DNA from: Tubiluchus corallicola
Lineage: Eukaryota; Animalia; Priapulida
Assembly (NCBI GenBank): GCA_030141605.1
Contig: JAQGDQ010000504.1
Span: forward strand, 62,001 to 126,000
Reading direction: 5' to 3'
Length of the DNA stretch: 64,000 nucleotides
The notes under the pieces: model-generated
Databases searched by the model: none
Seen by the model: the letters and a program-made list of their open reading frames with translations, nothing else
Told to the model about the DNA's origin: nothing
Shown here: positions 27,700 through 41,300 of the stretch, piece by piece
Layout of the letters: each line of letters begins with the position of its first letter
Position numbering within the stretch: position 1 is the stretch's first letter
Position numbers and translations under genes: made by a program

Positions 27700-27917
27700 T
27701 CACTGGATTGCCTTCCCAGTGTGCATCACTGACTCGCCTTCCCAGTGTGCATCACTGGCTCGCCTTCCCAGTGTGCATCACTGGCTCGCCTTCCCAGTGT
27801 GCATCACTGGCTCGCCTTCCCAGTGTGCATCACTGACTCACCTTTCCAGTGTGCATCACTGACTCGCCTTCCCAGTGTGCATCACTGGCTCGCCTTCCCA
27901 GTGTGCATCACTGGCTC
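27700..27917. repeat. 26-bp minisatellite (TCGCCTTCCCAGTGTGCATCACTGGC), ~8 copies
   Basis: Directly visible; most units contain the hairpin CCAGTG...CACTGG. Confidence 0.92.
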
Positions 27918-28274
27918 AGCGAAAATGTACTTTTAATCTCATTGAGAGGTACAATGATTTATATTTTTGCTTGAGAAGAGTGTGTTGCGAATGCTCTGAT
28001 TATTTTTTCAAACTTTACACAATGTTATCTAAACTTGTTTAAAATCACTTACCATCAAAATGGCTGTGTCTAACGGTTGTCGTGGGAGTTTAACAGGTTT
28101 TATACAGCTATGCTGATGCAAAATTTCGAAATGAATATTTTTTAGCTTTTTGTAAGCAAAGGCCTTTTTTGTGCTTTAAATTCTACTTGGTGTTTTTATG
28201 TAAAGATGTGGCTTTCATCAAATTAATCTTGTTCTTGGAATTAAAAATCTTGTATTGTGGCTTAGAATATTGTT

Positions 28275-28732
28275 CAGTCAACCTCGGATATAAGGGACAC
28301 CTCGGGACCGGAAAAAATCGTCCCTTATATCCGATGTCCCTTATAGCCGAAGTCGAGTCAGACCGAGGGTGTATCTAGACCTGTACTTTTCTGTACTTTT
28401 ACCCACATTTTTATGAATTATTGCTACACATTCAGTGCAAACGGTATGTAGGAAGCTCCTTCAGTGATGCAAGATTTATGTGACTGCAGAAACCGAGCTG
28501 TTCGAAGGCTGAGTTTGCGAAAAATTGAGGTTAAAAATCAATCAATTTCGCTGTGATCATTTGGTCCCTTACATGCGAGGCAGTTTACCTGGGTTTATAA
28601 TATGTGGGACCTGAAGATATCGTCCCTTATAACCGAAGTCCCTTACCTTATATCCGACTACCTTATATACAAAGATTTTTACCGGTGTTAATGGTCCCTT
28701 ATAAGCGAGTACCTTATAGCCGAGGTAGACTG
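28275..28732. mobile_element. Tc1/mariner(pogo)-type MITE
   Basis: TIRs CAGTCAACCTCGGATATAAGG / CCTTATAGCCGAGGTAGACTG with internal repeats of CCTTATA.CCGA; TA target not preserved. Confidence 0.7.
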
Positions 28733-28781
28733 TGTACAGCCCAGCGAACAGATGTAATTATGCACTAGAGTATTTTATGAA

Positions 28782-29020
28782 GTTAGCTGAAATTGTGTGT
28801 TATGGCGGCGCACAATACACTCGGTCAGTAAATGGTAGGTTGACCATCTTGTTCAATTCTTGTCACTGGTAATTTTGCCTCTCATATAGGCCCTGAGGTC
28901 TTTTTCTATATTAGTGAGTACGGACGCACAGCCTAAGACCCCTCTGATGGTTTAGTGTCTCATTTTAGACTATTGGTAAGAGATGGGTTCTGGTCCTGTC
29001 ACAATTATTTATGTTAAGTG
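28782..29020 (+). mobile_element. SINE with 5S rRNA-like head (second copy)
   Basis: CGGTCAGTAAATGGTAGGTTGACC resembles the 5S C-box region; body CCTCTGATGGTTTAGTGTCTCAT...GGTCCTGTCA matches 25830-25900 reversed. Confidence 0.45.
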
Positions 29021-29360
29021 TGCCATGCACGCCAGTTTGTAGAGTGTGTGACTATATGCACAAACATATATATTGCGGTTTTGTTATTATTGCTAAAGAT
29101 GTTCATTTCCAAGTATTTTACCAGGTTGATTCACAGATGGCGCCTCATATGCGAGCTTCTTCCCTCAAGACATAACGTGAAGAATAAGCTGAAATTCTGT
29201 ACTGAAAAGCTTGCATGTTTGTCTGTTCATTTGTTTGTCGGAAATTATCAAAAGTTGTCAACAGTTTTTTATCAGATTTTTTTCAGGAATATGAACAGCC
29301 GAACACGTGTTCCCATTAGACGACGGGACCCTGATCTTGCTTTTTTCCTTTTTTTAGTTT

Positions 29361-32300
29361 ATGGGAACAGGAGCAGTCGGCGGTCTTGTGAGTGACCAGT
29401 CAAACAGCGACAGTTCCAGTCCCGTTTCCATAGAAACCAGCATGGACTCGGAACCAAACTGCGAGGCGTGCTCACGTAAATTCAACCTCATAACAAAGCG
29501 GGTAGGAATGGATGCGATTCTATACAAGAAATATTTTTCTCATGTAATTTTTATAATGTCGGTCAATGTTAACAGTAATTACAATGGCGATGACAACGAT
29601 GATGATGACCATGATGAAGATGATGATGGTGGTGATGATGATGATGTTGGTGGTGATAGTGATGGTGGAGATTATGATGATGGTGATGATGACGATGTTG
29701 GTGGTGATGATGATGGTGGTGGTGGTGATGGTGATGATGACGGTGATGATGATGATGGTGATGGTAGTGATGATGATGATGGTGGTGATGATGATGTTGG
29801 TGGTGATGGTGATGATGGTGGAGATGATGATGGTGATGGTAGTGATGATGATGATGGTGGTGGTGGTGACGATGATGATGACGGTGATGATGATGGTGGT
29901 GGTGGTGGTGATGATGATGACGGTGATGATGATGGTGGTGGTGATGATGATGATAACGGTGATGATGATGGTGGTGGTGTTAGTGTTGGTGATGGTGGTG
30001 ATGATGATGATGGTTGTGATGATTGTGATGATGATGGTGATGGTGATTGTGGTGATAATGATGGTGATGGTAGTGATGATGACGATGATGGTGGAGATGA
30101 TGATGATGGTGATGGTAGTGATGATGATGATGGTGGTGGTGGTGATGGTGATGATGATTACAGAGATGATGACGGTGATGATGATAATGATGATGGTTTA
30201 TATTAAGAACATAGTGTCTGTGATCAATCAATTGCTAAGTGGAATGAATATACTAACTACAATTGATGACTTGGCCTATTCTGTAGAAATATAATTCCCA
30301 CAACAAATTTTTTAATATTCAGAAACATCTGATAATGTTTCTTGTTGAAGCAGGTGTGCACTATTAGAAAAATAATTCTCCTGTTAAGAGTTCCAAAGGT
30401 AAGAAGCCAGAAGGAAATATCTGACTTATAAGGGAGCAGTGTGCAACACAAGTACATAATGAGTAGTTTAGCTTAGTTTAGTTTAGTTTAGTTTATGAAG
30501 TACTAATACAAACCAAAGTATTCACGAAAGAATAAAACTTCATTTATGTTTATTTTAGACACCGTTGCTAACAGCATACGTTGTCATGGCAAACGTCTTT
30601 TGTTAGGAAGTTTTTTAGAATTTTTTGTCATTAGCTGTACCGTTGCTAACGGGATCCGTTGTCATGGCAAACGTCTTTTGTTAGGAAGTTTTTTAGAATT
30701 TTTTGTCATTAGCTATACCGTTGCTAACGGGATCCGTTGTCATGGCAAACGTCTTTTGTTAGGAAGTTTTTTTAGAATTTTTTGTCATTAGCTATGCAGT
30801 AGGAAACGTTCTATGTTCATTCTGTGCTTGAAAATGACCAACTAGGTGATAGTAAATGAAACGTATGGATTGGCTAAAAGCAAACCTCTGTTGCTGTTTG
30901 CAAGTTCAGGTGGAGTTTCTGTCAGTAAAGTGTTGACAAAAGTGCTGTCATTTCTTTGCTGGTGCAGTGGCTGAGTTGTGATCCACACTGCAACAATAGC
31001 AAGCATTGGTCACTGTGAAATTGTAGTTGCAACTACAACTGATTGTATCTTGCAACTGTTGATTATAGTTGCAACTGCAGCTGATTGCATCTTGCAACTG
31101 TTGATTATAGTTGCAACTGCAGCTGATTGCATCTTGCAACTGTTGATTATAGTTGCAACTGCAGCTGATTGCATCTTGCAACTGTTGGTTGTAGTTGCAT
31201 CTACAACTGATTGTAACTCTTGATTGTAGTTGCAGCTACAACTGATTGTAACTCTTGATTGTAGTTGCAGCTACAGCTGATTGTATCTGAAACTCTTGAT
31301 TGTAGTTGCAGCTACAGCTGATTGTATCTGAAACTCTTGATTGTAGTTGCAGCTACAGCTGATTGTATCTCAAACTCTTGATTGTAGTTGCAGCTGCAAC
31401 TGATTGTATCTCAAACTCTTGATTGTAGTTGCAGCTACAACTGATTGTAACTCTTGATTGTAGTTGCAGCTACAGCTGATTGTATCTGAAACTCTTGATT
31501 GTAGTTGCAGCTACAGCTGATTGTATCTGAAACTCTTGATTGTAGTTGCAGCTGCAACTGATTGTATCTCAAACTCTTGACTGTAGTTGCAGCTGCAACT
31601 GATTGTATCTGAAACTCTTGATTGTAGTTGCAGCTGCAACTGATTGTATCTGAAACTCTTGATTGTAGTTGCAGCTACAACTGATTGTATCTCAAACTCT
31701 TGATTGTAGTTGCAGCTACAACTGATTGTATCTCAAACTCTTGATTGTAGTTGCAGCTACAGCTGATTGTATCTGAAACTCTTGATTGTAGTTGCAGCTA
31801 CAGCTGATTGTATCTGAAACTCTTGATTGTAGTTGCAGCTACAACTGATTGTATCTGAAACTCTTGATTATAGTTGCTACTACAACTGATTGTATCTGAA
31901 ACTCTTGATTGTTGTTGCAACTGCAACTGATTGCATCTTGCAACTGTTAATTGTAATTGCAACTACAACTGATTGTATCTGGCAACTCTTGATTGTAGCT
32001 ACAACTACAACTGATCTTTCTACCTTGTCAATATCTTTCTGTTCTAATTCCGTTTCACTCATGTCCAACACATTTACAGGCAATCGGAAACTTACGGCCG
32101 TAATTAGTTCCCGTGAATTGGTCGTTCGGACGACTTGAACGTAATATGTTCTTCAAGTGTTGCGCCCCCTACATGCAAGATGTTGTATGTGTGAAAGTAC
32201 TTGCGATGAATTTATCCACGCCGATTGCGACTTAATATTAATCTGCTTAAGGAACGAGGAAACAAAGTCATTCTTAGTTTTGTATAATTAGTTAATTAAG

Positions 32301-35300
32301 TTGCGATCGGGCCGTAAAGTTTAACGATCGTAAGTTGCACGTGTCGTAAGTCGACGACTAGCCTATATGCAGGGATGAGAATTTTCCGCGGATACCCGGA
32401 ATTCCGAGTTTTTGGAAGACCAGTCGTGCCATTATTGTAAATCGCGTAAATTCGTTGAGAAAATTTTTACAGACCCAGTACATTATTTCACAAGCTGACC
32501 GCTAGTTAGCAGGCCGTCACTTTGTTTACATCACGTACATCAGTGTAACCACGTGTATATCTCTATGTATAAAAATATAGAATCAATTGTGCGGAGTTAT
32601 TTGTGTCAATTGCAGACAGTTTTTAGATACTTTTGCATAGGAGCGGCCAGTACTTAGGCATTTTTGAGACAATTATGTATCATGTATCCTTGATAGTTGG
32701 GTATTTTAAATTATGCATGAAACAAGGTAATTGATATTTTAAGTCCACTTAGAGGTTCTCTATGGCCTACGCGGCCCTCAAACCCCCGGCCTGTTTCAGA
32801 GTTTTTTGCAATTTGTCATTCTCATCCCTGCCTGTATGTGTCTTAAATAGTAATTTTCTTTTAATCAGGTGTATTTCAGAAATCGTAACTTGATTGTTTT
32901 ATTTGTTTCCGTTTCCAATGTTTGTTTCAATTTCAGCTGTATTTCTGACTGTTTTTTCTTTTAGAGGAAGACTTGTTTTGAGTGTTCTAAACAGTTCTGT
33001 TCCCGGTGTTTAGCGGAGGAACCGCACCGATCTCGGGCCGAGCGACGATGTCACAAATGCAGAGTCTTTTCTGCCGATCAGTTAGATCACTCTGAACTCA
33101 TGAAACTGAGGGTAAATCATTTCCTACACTCTCAAAGTCAATTGTAAGATGTCGTGTTTAGGCTGCGCGTGAAAAGTCCCTGTTGGTGAGTGTTGAGGTC
33201 GTGGGTTTGGTACGAGATCATCGCAGGTGAACTATTTCAGGTCATCCTGCAAAGATGAATCATTGAACCAGTAGAGTTGTACTAATTATATATGAATGCA
33301 GCAGTAGTTGTTCTGGTAGTCATCCATTCTTTTACCACCCAAGCCTGGCAGTGTTTAACTTCTCAGCAGGCACGCGCCCAGCCAGCTATTTGGCTTGATA
33401 CAATGCATATTGATATTGTCATAATTTACGCAGCCGAATTTGTTATGCTGCTTCCATTGAAATATATATTTGTTTAAAATTCTTTCTGTAACTGAAAATG
33501 CCTTAGCCATTTCATTTCAAAGCCCCAGTGTTGTAAAAGAACTTCGTTCGTTGAACTGGGGAACATCGTGGGAACAAGGTCCTTTTTTGCGAACTCAGAA
33601 ATGAAAAGCTTCTGCGCCAAGGTCCTCCTAGACTTGATATTTGCTCATTTTCAAATTTTTGACATGTTTATTCTTGCGATCTTTGATTAGATGCCCAACA
33701 AAAACCCAAAATCTTTTGTTTTCATGAATGCTTGAGACGTCCAGTGAAACTTTGTTATAATGCCAGGTTCCGGACATCACTAAGTACGGCGCTATAGCGG
33801 GGTTGGCGGTAAGGCGAGGTTCATTAAATATCAAAGCCATTTTGCTCCATTTTGTTTGCCTAATTAATTTTAATATGTGATAAACAGTGTAATATTATGA
33901 TATCTACAACAGTACTTGAGTTATACTGTACATTGTTGCTACATTAACCCTTTCATACCCGTTGTATCCCGTGAGAATATTTTCTGCCTTTAAAATTAAT
34001 AAAATTTTAAAAATTCCAGTTATTTGATCTGTTAATAGTTATTTTGATGTAAGCCGATAACAACAGACTGAAAATGGTGATAAAATGGCAAACTAGAAAA
34101 TCTACATAGCATAAAAAACTGCGCAAGGTACAAGTACTTTAGAGACGACTTTGTACAGATCAGCATAGCATGCATACTAAATGTCTTAAATACTTTAAAA
34201 AATTATCAGCAGTTGCAAAATGAAGCACATTTTATGCTTCCATTGAATCTCAATGTATCCCGTGGGATACAGGCTATATTTACCACGCGGGCACAGATAG
34301 AAAAAAATAATTATTATGTGTAAACAAGATGGACATACTGAACAAAAGTACCAAGCCAAAAAATTTTTGCTTATTAAAAAAATAATTTGGGACTGAAAGG
34401 GTTAACAAAATTAATGCAGGTGTAGTTCTATAGCTCTGTTGTGTTTTGTTTCTCTCGGAAGGCTCGTAGAGAAAATCAGAAAACACTTCGTCAAATTAAA
34501 CTAGTTTATTAAGCGAGAATTCTACAACACAAAAGTATGAAGGAACACGAAATGATTACAGTAAACGTGAAAACCTGGAAAACGTTTGAGTGTAGCTGAA
34601 AATGTAAGTAAACAAGAGAATGTGTAGGTGGCGTCCGTGTGAATCAGCATGTGTCTCTCAGCGGCCTGCTTTGCCTTATATAGGGTGCCAGGAAACATTC
34701 TAGACGTTTCTTTCTAGAACATTCTACAAGGTAAGACGATTATTCTAACGGAACATTCTACAATGTTCTATTTAATTCTAATAGATGCCAGCGATCTGCA
34801 CAACAAGCGGTACATTGCAAGACTTTTACGTAACACAACGTGGAGTAGCCGTCTTGTGAAATACTGGTTAATTAGCTTAGTGCTGATAAGGGAATTATGC
34901 ACCTAATATTATACTGGACAGTTAAAACTACAAATAGCCGCTGGTTATAACTTGACCTTGACTCAAACGGATTTCAGTCATTAATCGACATCAGTTCGGT
35001 ACTGAAGCTTAGCTACGCAACTCTTGTTGTCTTACAACGCATATTCCTTGTTCAAAACCTCAACATTCACTTTCATACAGTCACTTGTAACAAGACGTGA
35101 ATCTTAATTTAATCACCGTAATCGGTTTCTTATCAGAGATCATTGTTTCTACATTGTTATGGCTGTTTTTCAGCAGAAATTCACCATGCTTTATCTTGGC
35201 TAGCATTATAACAGGTTGATTTGTTACGTAAAATGGACTTTTGGCACAGCAGATACGTTGGCGGATGGCGGTATTCCGCATATTTAATACATAGTGGAAA

Positions 35301-38300
35301 TCGGGGGACGGTAATAGTTGGTGTTATGGCGAGGCTGGCGTTATAATCGGGTTAATTTATTACATGTAAAATGGACTTTTGGCACAGCAGTTGGTGGATG
35401 GTGGTATTCCGCATATTTGATACATTGTAGAAATCGGGACAGGGCAATAGTTGGTGTTATGGCAAGGCTGACGTTATAATGGGGGGGGGGGGGGGAATGA
35501 CGTTTGACTGTGTCAAATATTTATGTCACTTACGATGCATTGTGTGTGCGCATATTGGACAGAAAATATTACAGTTAATTGGAACTGAACTAAGTTAAGT
35601 TCCCTTTGGTGCAATGAAATTGGGAATGGAACTGAACTGGTCACATTTCTAAAAAAGGTTAGACGAGCTACAGACCCTGCCGTTGAACGAATTCTGACTG
35701 AATGCAAGATGTAACTAGGTGTAGCCAGACATAACTAGAAATGACTGCTGTCTTGAGTCCTGGACCTTTTAACGGAAGTCGTCTTAACGTACTGCACATT
35801 TCATTTTTATTTAATGTACTTGTTCTGCATATTGTACAAGTACAACATCTATGAGAAATTTTAAAAATTAGAAAAAAAATTAAAAAGCAAAGAACTGAAC
35901 GGGTTTCTTCTCTAAAAAAAGTTAGACGAACTAGGAACTTCTACCAGTTCCTTTTCTTCACAGAAAAGCGGGATGTTGAACCAGTTCCTAAAATTCGGGA
36001 ACTTTCCCAACCCCGCAATTCTGCGCCATTGAGTAAATCAGAACTATTGTAAAATTGCGCTTTGTGATAATTAGAAGCATTTTTGTTATGCAAAAAGAGC
36101 AAAAAAATAAACGATGAAATGATTCGATGTCGTAAGAAGGTCTGCCATGTTGCTTTTTCTTTTCCAAAAGGTGAAGGATCTTAAGCAGTACCTCCTGGAC
36201 CGTCACATCCCGTCCCAGTTCTGTACGGAGAAGACCGATCTCGTCGACTTGGTGATCAGAGCTTCTGTCAACCCTAGTCTAAATTCCCGGAGACCGGGCG
36301 TCGACCGATCGCCACGCGTGCCGTCATCGGCGGGAGACTTCACTACGGGACCAACTTCAGCACCAGTGCCGCAGGACGGAGTTGACGTTCAGGTATAAAT
36401 ATAGAAAATTTTCACATCCCAGTAGAAAAGCGGAACTGGTGGTTCTGAGTTGTTGAGAATATCAAAAAATTTGTCGTAGTAATTTTGTTTAGAGAGAGAG
36501 AGAGAGATTTGTGTAGCGTTTTGTGACTATTGTTCTGCATTTAATTTTGATTGGCTAACAAGAGCCTGATAGTCGCACGTGATTGGCTAACGAGAGCGTG
36601 ACAGCCAGACGTGATTCGCTGACAGGAGTCTGACAGTCTCACATGATTGGCTAAGAAGAGCCTGATAGTCACATGTGATTGGCTAACGAGAGCCTGATAG
36701 CCACACATGATTGGCTAACGAGAGCGTGATAGCCAGACCTGATTGGCTAACGAGAGCCTGATAGCCACACGTGATTGGCTAACAAGAGCCTGATAGTCAC
36801 ACGTGATTGGCTAACAAGAGCGTGATAGCCAGATGTGATTGGCTGACAAGAGTCTGATAATCTCACGTGATTTTGTCGTAGTAATTTTGCGTAGAGAGAG
36901 ATTTGTGTAGCGTTTTGTGACTATCGTTCTGCATTTAGCTTTTCTAAGTGCTAATGTTAAATTTGCACAGCACTTATTGCTGTTCAAACTATCCAGCACA
37001 AATTCAGCGTGTAAATGGCCCGTGATAAAACTCTTCAGTGAAGAGTTTCACAGTTAAATTTTCTGGTAAAGAATTCCATATATAAGAGGCCAAAGAGAAA
37101 AAATTGCAGTAAATAGCTTTGCAGGTAAGAGGCCCAATAGAAAAAATTTTCTAGTAAGAAATTCCACATCAAAGACGCCCAAAGGAAGAAATTTTTAGAA
37201 AGTCTATGTATAATCTGGCTTGCGAGTAGTGGTCAGCTTCAAACGTATTCAATTCGAATCAGTTTTTTAGTTAAAATTCTGAAACGTCATGCAATCAGTA
37301 TGATTTCTGTGCAGAATTTTTAAGCAAATTGCTAGTGTTTTTACTGCAGAACAAACTCAAGCAATATGCATCACCTTTGCGAGACCGCTTTTTAAACTCG
37401 TTACAACCGAATTCGAATTTGCTTTTTGGTATACTTGCGAGTGGCTTACATATTAAAAAAGATCCTTAAAATATGGCTGTTATAATTTTGTTCTGTTTCT
37501 CTCTGTACTTTAGATACTTACGGAAATCAATTGTTCCACTACTAGCGACTCTCCTTCACCACATGATGACGCGAACGCCAGAGAAGAAACCAATGCCGAT
37601 GACCAAATACGCGAATCTACATCACGTGAGGACAGTATTAACGACCATGTGCCAACGCTAGACGGTGCGAGAGAGCACGCTAAAGTAGATAGCGGTACCG
37701 CAGCGGGTGATGCGGATAGCGAAACTAATACTACCTTTAGTGATAGGAACGACGCCGAAACGGTGAACGTCGACGCGTCCACACGGGAGGAGCACACGTC
37801 TCCAGAAACTGATGCAAGCGCAGTTGAAAACGCGGCAACGGAGCCGATGGAATGGGAAGCGACGGCGACACAAGACGACTTTAGTAATGAACAGGTGAGT
37901 TTCAATAATATCTCGCAATCAAAATGGTGTAGAGAATAATAGATACACAGTATTTTACCTGTGAAATCATTTACAACTCTTTCCCATGTTTATTTAGTAC
38001 TAGTCTGAAAGCCACACGTGATTGGCTAATGACAGCGTGATTGCCGCATGTGATTGGCTAATGACAGCCTGATTGCTACATGTGATTGGCTAACGAGAGT
38101 CTGATAGCCACACGTGATTGGCTAACAAGAGTCTGATAGTCACATGTGATTGGCTAACGCGAGTCTTATAGCCAAACATGATTGCCTGACGAGAGCCTGA
38201 TGGTCACACATGATTGGCTAACGAGAGTGTGATAGCCACACATGATTGGCTAACTAGAGCGTGATAGTCACACATGATTGGCTAACGAGAACGTGATAAC

Positions 38301-41300
38301 CACACATGATTGGCTAACGAGAGCCTGATGGTAACACGTGATTGGCTACTGAGAGTCCAATAGTCACACGTGATTGGCTAATGAGACCTAACACTGCTAA
38401 AATTCAGCCCCGGCAAACTGACAAACAAAGATAAAGAGAGAAATAGGTGAGCGACAGAGAGAGATGGAGGGAGAGAGAGAGAGAAGAGAGAGAGAGGGGG
38501 GAGATGGAGGGAGAAAGAGAGAGTGAGGGAGGAGAGAGATGGAGGCAGAGAGAGGAGAGAGAGAGAGAGAGAGAGAGAGGGGGGAGAGGGAGGGAAAGAG
38601 AGAGAGAGGAGAGAAAGAAGAGACAGGGAGAGAGAGAGAGAGAGAGAAAGGGAGAGAGATGGAGGAAGAGAGAGGGGGGAGAGAGATGGAGGGAGAGAGA
38701 GAGGGGGATGGAAAGAGAGAGAAAAGAAAGAGAGAGAGTGAGATGGAGGGAGAAACAGAAAGAGAGGGGGGAGAGAGATGGGGGCAGAGACAGAGAGAGA
38801 GAGAGAGAGAGGGGAGAGATGGAGGAAGAGAGAGGGGGAGGGAAAGAGAGAGAAGAGAAAGAGAGAGGGGGAGAGGGAGGGAGAAAGAGAGAGAGGGGGA
38901 GATGGAGGGAGAAAGAGAGAGAGAGTGAGAGAGATGGAGGAAGAGAGAGAGAAAAGAAAGAGAAAGATGGAAGGAGACAGATAGGGAAAGAGAGATAGAG
39001 AGACAAACTCTAACAGTAACACAATGAATCCTGCACTCAGCAATGCAGTTGCTGTTTGTAACTGATTTAACGGAAGGAAATTTAAACTGACTAATTATTT
39101 ACACATTTGCCATGCGTCTGACACGACTGTTCATCCTCACTGCAGATTTAGTTTTTCAACTTCAACGTGGATCAGCTTAGAAGTAACGTAGAGCAGTGGG
39201 CTTGGTCCTCATAGCTAGAAAAGCTTAACTGTCAACTTACCGACGTTTTTGCTATGCAAGCACACAAATCATAACTTAATTGGCAAAATCAACACCTGTT
39301 TCTTATTCACACAATCATAACTGAATTAATGGTTCAGTTGTGATCATGCCACTTACCAATTACATGACAAATTATAACATTAATGCTTCTGCGGATTTTT
39401 CCATTATTTATTTCATTAATATTCATTAAGGTTTTAATAACACAACATGATGATTTAACACTGAATTGGTGCACAATGGAGTGCAGTTCTTACACCATCA
39501 TTCCGATGAGAAATGATACCATCGCTTTATCGAACGGAGTTTCAAAGACGAAAAATGAGAAAATTATTCAGATAAAATAGCTTGTTATTAATACGAATTT
39601 GTTGTAAATGCGGAAGTCGGGCAAATGTGCTGCGCACCGATTTCTCCTGATTAACGATCACCGAATCGCGTTTATCCAATAAATTATTTAAATTGAAGCC
39701 GTGAATTTCAGACAACGTGATTATTTATAGTTTCAACCTTGCAAAAGATGACAGACGGCATGTAATGATGGTTCACCCACTGAAATAAATTAGTATAACA
39801 GAATCTGACGAATAGTATTACATATCTTATACATCATATTTGGCTTGAAATTTTTAATTTCATATTTCAAAGGAACTTAACGTAATATATCCGTTTAAAT
39901 GTAAAAGTGCAATTTATGTTCTCTGTGAGGCCTAAGGAAGCCAAGGTTTACATAAGGCCACATTTACATTGGCTTCTTTAGGTCCATCGTTACACGAGAT
40001 TTGCAAGCAATAGCATTGAGCGTCGAATGTTCGAATTCGATTCGAACGAGTTTTTTTAGTTCAAATTTGATTTGAACCTGAAATTACAGACTCAAATAAT
40101 TTGGCACTTCAATTGCATACCGTCCGTATTATTAAAACGTTTGAAACAGCGCACAATCGGCAAAATTTAGCTGCAATTTCTGTGCAGAATTTTTCAACAA
40201 GTTATTAGTACATTTACTGCAGAACAATCAAACAGTGAGACTGATTTTTATTAGTAATTGGAAAATTAATTCAAAAATCTTTAAAACTGAATTCAGATTC
40301 AAGAAATTCAAAACTCGAAAAAGTCGCAAATTCAATTCGATTTACTTTGTGGTGATTTACTACCTTATGAGTTTGTTAATCCATTGTACAAGCTATTAGT
40401 AGGAATTGCTTGCTTTCACTTGCATTAGTTACCTGTACTGCTACATGAGAACAGCTGGCAGTACAATTCTGTGAGGCTAATACCAGGGATGATAATTTTG
40501 CGCGGATATGCGGAATTCCGAGTTTTTGGAAGACCAGTAGTGCCATTTTTTGTAAATCGCGTAAATTTGTTGAGAAAATTTTTACAGGCCCAGTACATTA
40601 TGTCACAAGCTGACCGCTAGTTGGCAGGCCATCACTTTGTTTACATCGCGTATATCAGTGTAACCACGTGTATATCTCTATGTATAAAAATATAGAATCA
40701 ATTGTGCGGAGTCATTTGAGTCAATTGCAGACAGTTTTTATATACTTTTGCATAGGAGCGGCCAGTACTTAGACATTTTTGAGACAATTAGGTATCATGT
40801 ATCCTTGATAGTTGGGTATTTAAATTATGCATGAAACAAGGTAATTGATATTTTAAGTCCACTTAGAGGCTCTCTATGGTCACAAAAATACAATTTCTTG
40901 CTTACTCCAAGGGGGCTTTGCCCCTCAACCCCATTGGGGGCCTAGGTGGCCGCAAACCCCCCGGCCTGTTTCAGAGTTTTTTGCAATTTGTCATTCTGAT
41001 CCCTGCATACGTCTTCCCGCTTCTATCTGGCAAACCGAGATACGAGTTTACTACTATTTAAAGCTCTTTTCATGTTTGGTACAAGTGAATAAACCTTGTG
41101 ATTTGTTTTACACGTATTTTCAAGCAATTCTTTTTTTCTTAATTGCATCGAGTGCAAATTTCAACAAATAATATCTTTCAATATGGCTTCATACAATAAC
41201 ATATGAATCTGTTGCAGACGACCGATGTACCGGTGCCGCCATCTACCAGAACGAAAACGTACTACTCTCTAGACGAAGTGGAATCGCTGGAAGCTATTGA

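Noticed and set aside
29502-30294. Asp/Gly-rich acidic (biomineral-like) protein suggested by ORF 29361..30206
   Set aside because: The FYVE-like domain continues in frame via the donor at 29501 to exon 32965; the D/G run is an intronic GAT/GGT microsatellite. Intron retention cannot be excluded without RNA data.
30948-32138. Cys-containing repeat peptides ([14 protein letters not shown])n
   Set aside because: Translation of an intronic minisatellite whose unit length mostly breaks the frame.
38378-39043. E/R-rich and S/L-rich ORFs (also 97-576, 1503-2529, 12862-13113, 23973-24311)
   Set aside because: Products of microsatellite or purine tracts.
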